This document shows, piece by piece, positions 59,411-64,000 of a DNA stretch of 64,000 nucleotides. The position numbers and the translations under genes are program-made. The DNA comes from an uncultured bacterium (GTDB taxonomy: Bacteria > Chloroflexota > UBA5177 > JANWHV01): NCBI GenBank assembly GCA_963827235.1, contig CAWHAE010000009.1:448001-512000 (forward strand), in the 5' to 3' direction. Below the pieces are notes generated by a model. It did no database searches. It was not told where the DNA came from and was given only the letters and a program-made list of their open reading frames with translations. Each line of letters starts with the position of its first letter. The first letter of the stretch is position 1.

Positions 59411-61654
59411 ATGAGGCGACTTCGTGGGACCCGTGCACATCGTCTGCATTACTCTCTGGTGGCGCTGCTCGGAGGCACGGCGCTGCTGGCTGCGCAGCTC
59501 CCCGCCTCACATAGCGCGTTCCCGATCGGCCAAGCGGTTCCTGTTGCTCGCGCCGCGGCGCCCGTAGCCAGTGTGCAGCCACAGGTGGTCTGGCAGCTCG
59601 GCCAGCGCACGTTCGCGCCGGGCAGTGGCGCCGACACGATAAGCCAGACATTCACGCCCAGTGACACCTGCTACCAGGTGGGCGTCGTGGTAGCCGGCGG
59701 CGCGAGTGGCGACGACCTGGACGTACGGCTGGGCGAGAGTGCGCATGACGCGGTTCGGGTGGTAACCGGCGAACAGCACTTCTTCGCTGCCTGTCATCTG
59801 CAGGCTGGCGTGATGCCGGTCCTGCACGTCATGCCCGACCAGCAGCACAAATACAGCGGCGGCAGCCTCACCTACGCCGTGGTAGTCATGCTGCCCCTGC
59901 CGGTGCCGCAGTCCGTGGACGGGGTCTCCACCGGCAGCAGCGCGAACACGTTGTTGCTGCAGGTGAGCCTGCCTGCCGACTACACCGTGCATCTCCACCT
60001 CAGTGCCGGCAGCCTGCAGGTCTGGACCGTGTTCGGCAGCACGACCACTCGTCGCGTGCAGATCAGCGGGGACGGCGGGTTTCGGGTAAGTCTGCCGGCC
60101 GGCTTGGTACGTATCAACCTGCAGCCAGCATCCAAGCAGGCCGCCACGGTCAAGTGGACCGCCATGCTGGGCATCGCGCCGAAAGTCAGCGACTTCACGC
60201 CCGCCGCTGGCGCCGCGCTCAAGCAGCCGCCCGCGACGATCACGGTGCATACCGCTACCTCGGGGCAGCTGGTGCTCGACCGCCAGCCCGTCGACAGCAG
60301 CTACGATGCGGCGAAGGGCCTGCTCAGCTACACGCCAGCCCAGCCGCTCGCCGCGGGTATCCACATCGTGGAGGTGGCGGGCACTGATGGCACGCTTGCG
60401 ACCCGTCATGCCACGTTCCGCGTGCTCCCCTCGCTCACGGCCCAGCCGCCCAGCACAGCGCAAGGCAGCGTCGATGGCGTGGCATGGGAGCAGACGACCA
60501 CGCCCGATGGCCGCTACCGGCTTTCCAAGCCGGCCGGTTGGCAGATGGTCGGCGAAGGGGGCACGGTCTTGCTGGCAGAGCCCAAGGGGAAAGCGCTCGT
60601 CGTGCTCAGCGAGCGCCTGCTGGGCACAGCAATCGATGCCTCCGCCGTGGCCCATACCATGGCCGGCAAAGTGCCCGGCACGGCGCAGTTCGGCACCATT
60701 GGCAGCGGCACCTCCTTCAGCACAACCGTGACCGGCAAGAACGGGTCGCACCTCGCGCTGCTGTGCCTGGTCCTGCCTTCCCTACCGCAGCACTCCCTCA
60801 TGCTGGCCGTGGGCTTCAGCAAGGCCGGCGAGCCCGCGCTTGCAGACCAGGTCTCGCGCATCATCGCCTCGCTGAGCGCCAACGACGACGCAGCGGTGCA
60901 GAAAGCGCGGACCTGGCTGCACTACCAGCAGGCTGGATTCAGCCTGAGCTACCCGGCCGGCTGGATGGCCGACTTCACCTCCACTGACGGGCTGCTGTTG
61001 GCCGGGCCATTCGACCAGGCGTACCTGTTGGGCGAGGGCACCGACTACAGCGGGCCCGCCACCGCCACGGACATGGAGAGCGCCGGCAAGCAGGTCGTGG
61101 CCCTGATCACGTCGCAGATGCACGGCAACCTGCAGATACAGACGCACGAGAGCGGAGCCGGCATTTACCGCTGGCTGGGCACTTACACGAGCGCCGACGG
61201 TAAGACGGCGTATGTCGAGCTCGGCCAGGTCATCGCCGCGCATGGCCGCCTGCAGTTCGTGTGGGGCGATAGCAGCGCCGAGCTGGCGCCCTCCAACGTG
61301 CCGATTCTGGCGGCGAGCCTCGACAGTGCCGCGCAGGCGGCCGGCGTGACGCCGCCGCTGGCGTTCACCGTGGCTGGCGCCATCCAGCAGGTGACCACAC
61401 TGCTGCCGGCAAGCGTGCTGCAAGGCGAGACTCCCGCAGGCAGCCAGACAGGCAGTGGCAGCAACGCCGGAAGCACGGGCAACACGGGCAACACGCAGAA
61501 TCAAATCGCAGAGAGTGAAGTGCAAAGCTTCGTGAACGTGTCGATGATGAACGACACGACGAACGAGTTCATCAATCTGCAGGACATGAATCAGGCGGAG
61601 TTCCTGCAGTCCGAGGGCTACGACGCGGACTGGTATCCCTCGTACAACTACTAA
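59411..61654 (+). CDS. Large secreted multidomain protein (beta-sandwich/Ig-like plus two PsbP-like domains)
   Basis: AAGGAAGG RBS, signal peptide, Ig-like P.PA.GA..LSYTP.QPLAAG.H.V, two Y/F-x-L-x-x-P-AGW motifs. Confidence 0.65.
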   Translation: MRRLRGTRAHRLHYSLVALLGGTALLAAQLPASHSAFPIGQAVPVARAAAPVASVQPQVVWQLGQRTFAPGSGADTISQTFTPSDTCYQVGVVVAGGASGDDLDVRLGESAHDAVRVVTGEQHFFAACHLQAGVMPVLHVMPDQQHKYSGGSLTYAVVVMLPLPVPQSVDGVSTGSSANTLLLQVSLPADYTVHLHLSAGSLQVWTVFGSTTTRRVQISGDGGFRVSLPAGLVRINLQPASKQAATVKWTAMLGIAPKVSDFTPAAGAALKQPPATITVHTATSGQLVLDRQPVDSSYDAAKGLLSYTPAQPLAAGIHIVEVAGTDGTLATRHATFRVLPSLTAQPPSTAQGSVDGVAWEQTTTPDGRYRLSKPAGWQMVGEGGTVLLAEPKGKALVVLSERLLGTAIDASAVAHTMAGKVPGTAQFGTIGSGTSFSTTVTGKNGSHLALLCLVLPSLPQHSLMLAVGFSKAGEPALADQVSRIIASLSANDDAAVQKARTWLHYQQAGFSLSYPAGWMADFTSTDGLLLAGPFDQAYLLGEGTDYSGPATATDMESAGKQVVALITSQMHGNLQIQTHESGAGIYRWLGTYTSADGKTAYVELGQVIAAHGRLQFVWGDSSAELAPSNVPILAASLDSAAQAAGVTPPLAFTVAGAIQQVTTLLPASVLQGETPAGSQTGSGSNAGSTGNTGNTQNQIAESEVQSFVNVSMMNDTTNEFINLQDMNQAEFLQSEGYDADWYPSYNY

Positions 61655-61660
61655 TTGCTT

Positions 61661-62092
61661 CTACACCGCCTGTTGCCAAAGTCGCAGGCCTTCCTCGGCT
61701 GTCGCCAGCGCCCGCGGATACTCGTGCTCCCTCGCGGTGGCAGCAAAGGCGGTCAAGCACTGGGCGAGCGGCCACGCCTGGTCTACCTCCCGCGCAAAGG
61801 CAAGGCCATCCTGGAGCAAAGCTGTCCCCTGCATATGCGTCTCGGAATTCCATGCCCGAAGCCGGACAGCGGGCTGCGCAGGTTTGTGAGGTGTGGCTGC
61901 GATCCGCGCTCCGACGCGATATCGGACGGAACTGCCACGCGTTCCAACTGCCGCCGGCGAGGCACCGGCTGCGCGGCAACCTCGAAGGCCGTGCGCTCCT
62001 CCCCGGTCAACGCCAGGGCCCGCACCAACCGCAGCATGGTGTCCCGGTGCGGATGGCTCTCGCTGCGCTCCAGGGCTTGGATCCAGGACCAA
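61661..62092 (-). pseudogene. Remnant of an XRE-HTH / NB-ARC ATPase / TPR regulator
   Basis: IQALERSESHPHRDTMLRLVRALAL...TNLRSPLSGF (HTH end and ATPase start) abuts a TPR-like segment in another frame. The ATPase core is absent. Confidence 0.55.
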
Positions 62093-62504
62093 GGTGGTGA
62101 TTGCCAGACCACGTAACGGAGTAAATGGCGATGGATAACCGCTTCGTGCTCATCGAGCCCTTGATCGAGCAGATCGTGATCGACCACCCTCGGCGGCTGG
62201 TACGGGAAGCCACAACGGACTGCTGCCGGGAGACCACGTGCCGGAACGTCGGCGGGCCGGTCCGCGTGGGCACCGCACTGGAGTCTCCGCCCTGCGCAGG
62301 GGTGCACCGGCAAGCGCCGGCAACCGCCCCTCGGTCACGCAGGCCACGGCGGGCCGGCTCGGTCGTGCTGGCGTGTGTGCGAGCAGGCATACCTTGGGTA
62401 GGCAGTGCGTCATGGGGAACACTCACCCGTGCGGCCCACAGGTCGATCAAGCCGCTACGATGATCACAGGTGCCAGCCCGCAGTGATCAGCGAGGAAAGA
62501 ACAG

Positions 62505-62978
62505 ATGCAGAGGATCACGCCGTTTTTGTCCTTCGACAACCAAGCCGAAGAAGCGGCCAAGCTCTACGTGTCCATCTTCAAGAATTCGACAATTGAGCAG
62601 GTGAGTCGCTATGGAGACGCGGGGCCCGGGCCGGCAGGCAGTGTGCTGACGGTCAACTTCAAGCTGGAAGGCCAGGACTTTATCGCCCTGAACTGCGGGC
62701 CGGCCTTCACCTTCTCGCCCGCCATCTCGCTCTACGTCGACTGTGCCACGCAGGAAGAAGTGGATGACCTGTGGGCAAAGCTCTCGGCTGTTCCGGAGGC
62801 GGAAGGGTGCGGCTGGCTGCGGGATAAGTTCGGGGTCACGTGGCAGATCATCCCCTCTATCCTGGGAGAATTGATACAGGACAAAGACCCCAAGAAGGCG
62901 AGCAGCGTCACACGGGCCATGATGGGCATGAAGAAGATTGACATCAAGGCGTTGCACGATGCCTACGATCGCGCCTAG
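62505..62978 (+). CDS. VOC/PhnB-like (3-demethylubiquinone-9 3-methyltransferase family) protein
   Basis: MQRITPFL.FD.QAEEA, F.ALN.GP.F.FSPAIS, CGWL.DKFGV.WQI, M.MKKIDI; GAGGA RBS. Confidence 0.9.
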   Translation: MQRITPFLSFDNQAEEAAKLYVSIFKNSTIEQVSRYGDAGPGPAGSVLTVNFKLEGQDFIALNCGPAFTFSPAISLYVDCATQEEVDDLWAKLSAVPEAEGCGWLRDKFGVTWQIIPSILGELIQDKDPKKASSVTRAMMGMKKIDIKALHDAYDRA

Positions 62979-63034
62979 CAGACGGTAGAAGACAGGAGTC
63001 GCCTGAACGCGGTGGTTCCCGCCGTGGTGCTCCA

Positions 63035-64000
63035 ATGGTGCGAAGGTTACTGTCGTTCTACATGACGGCCTGTGCCTGGATCGTCATTCTGCTCCAGGCG
63101 CTGTCGCCTTTCCGCCGGATCGAGTTTTGGCCGGTGTTGCTCGGCGTGCTTGCCGGTATGGCCGTGCCGGCCAGGATCTGGCTGCCGTCACCGGGTACCT
63201 GGCGAGCGTGGGTTCGCGCCCGGTGCACTGCCGCCGGATGGCGTGCCCTCGTGGCGCCGGCAAGCCTGCCCTTCCTGCTCGTCCTGCTTCCCCTCGCCAT
63301 CCTCATGATCGTCCAGGGCTGGCATTTTCCGCCCAACGACTGGGATGCGATGACCTACCATCTGGCCAGGGCCGCCTACTGGATGCAATGGCATTCGCTC
63401 GCCCACTACAACACGAACTCCTACATGCAGGTTGCCTATCCGGGCAACGCGGAGGCGCTGTCCTGTGCGCTGCTCGTGCTCACCCGGTCCGTCCGGATCG
63501 CTTATCTCGTGCAGGTAAGCGCGTACCTCGCCGGTACGCTCGCCATCTACGGCCTCGGCAGGCAGCAGGGGCCCGCCCGGCCTACGCCCTGTTCGGGGCG
63601 GGGTTGTTCGCCACCATGCCGGAGATCGTGCTGCAAAGCAACGGCACAGGCGTGGACATTACCGCGGCGGCGTTCGCCGTATCGTCCGCGTTCTTTCTGG
63701 TGGATTCGCTCCAATGTCACCGCAGGTCGAGCATCCTCTGTACCGGCCTGGCCGTTGGGCTGGCGCTTGGCACCAAGTCGACCATCGCGCTGGCAGTACC
63801 CGGCCTCGCCGCCGGCGCAGCAGTGCTCCTCCTGCACCAGACGCACCACGCGCTGCCACCGCGGCGTACCCTCCTCACCCTGGCGCTGGCCGCGGCGGCG
63901 GCATCGCTGCTTGCCGCGCCATGGTACGTCGAGAACTTCGCCGACTTCCACTCTTTTGCCGGACCGCCGCAGGTTGCTCGCCTCCAGCTTGTTTCCCAGC
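63035..64000 (+). CDS. GT-C membrane glycosyltransferase-like protein, 3' truncated by window; frameshift near 63565-63582
   Basis: PPNDWDAMTYHLARAAYW..YP.NAE, then in a shifted frame ATMPEIVLQS...D...GLALGTK...PWYVEN. Confidence 0.65.
   Translation, partial: MVRRLLSFYMTACAWIVILLQALSPFRRIEFWPVLLGVLAGMAVPARIWLPSPGTWRAWVRARCTAAGWRALVAPASLPFLLVLLPLAILMIVQGWHFPPNDWDAMTYHLARAAYWMQWHSLAHYNTNSYMQVAYPGNAEALSCALLVLTRSVRIAYLVQVSAYLAGTLAIYGLGRQQGPARPTPCSGRGCSPPCRRSCCKATAQAWTLPRRRSPYRPRSFWWIRSNVTAGRASSVPAWPLGWRLAPSRPSRWQYPASPPAQQCSSCTRRTTRCHRGVPSSPWRWPRRRHRCLPRHGTSRTSPTSTLLPDRRRLLASSLFPS

Overview
High-GC (about 68-70% by eye) bacterial chromosome segment. The ClpX/Tig style, T-box regulation, Uma2 genes and many GT-C membrane proteins suggest Chloroflexota (inference). 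Core genes are tRNA-Leu(TAG)-tig-clpP-clpX, a wecA/mraY-like GT4, an Ile T-box-controlled acetolactate synthase, amt, scpB and a metG-like gene. They sit among small accessory enzymes (methyltransferases, NUDIX, HAD, hydrolases, GNAT), several secreted proteins (M1, S1C and S53 proteases, GH51), a RelE/ParE-RHH toxin-antitoxin pair and multiple gene remnants. No CRISPR array, integrase, transposase or rRNA was seen. The most unusual observations are: (1) an otherwise intact MetRS whose HIGH and KMSKS motifs read SAGS and KGSKS, followed closely by a DUF4037 nucleotidyltransferase-like gene; (2) a PhnD-like binding domain fused in frame to a LacI regulator upstream of phnM; (3) a sugar ABC permease fused to a TMTC-like GT-C domain; (4) a tandem structured ~120 bp repeat and an exact 19 bp motif shared by two upstream regions; (5) a small ORF with a GATA-like zinc finger. 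Four genes carry single-base frameshifts that may be sequencing or assembly errors. All family calls come from motif recognition by eye, not database searches.
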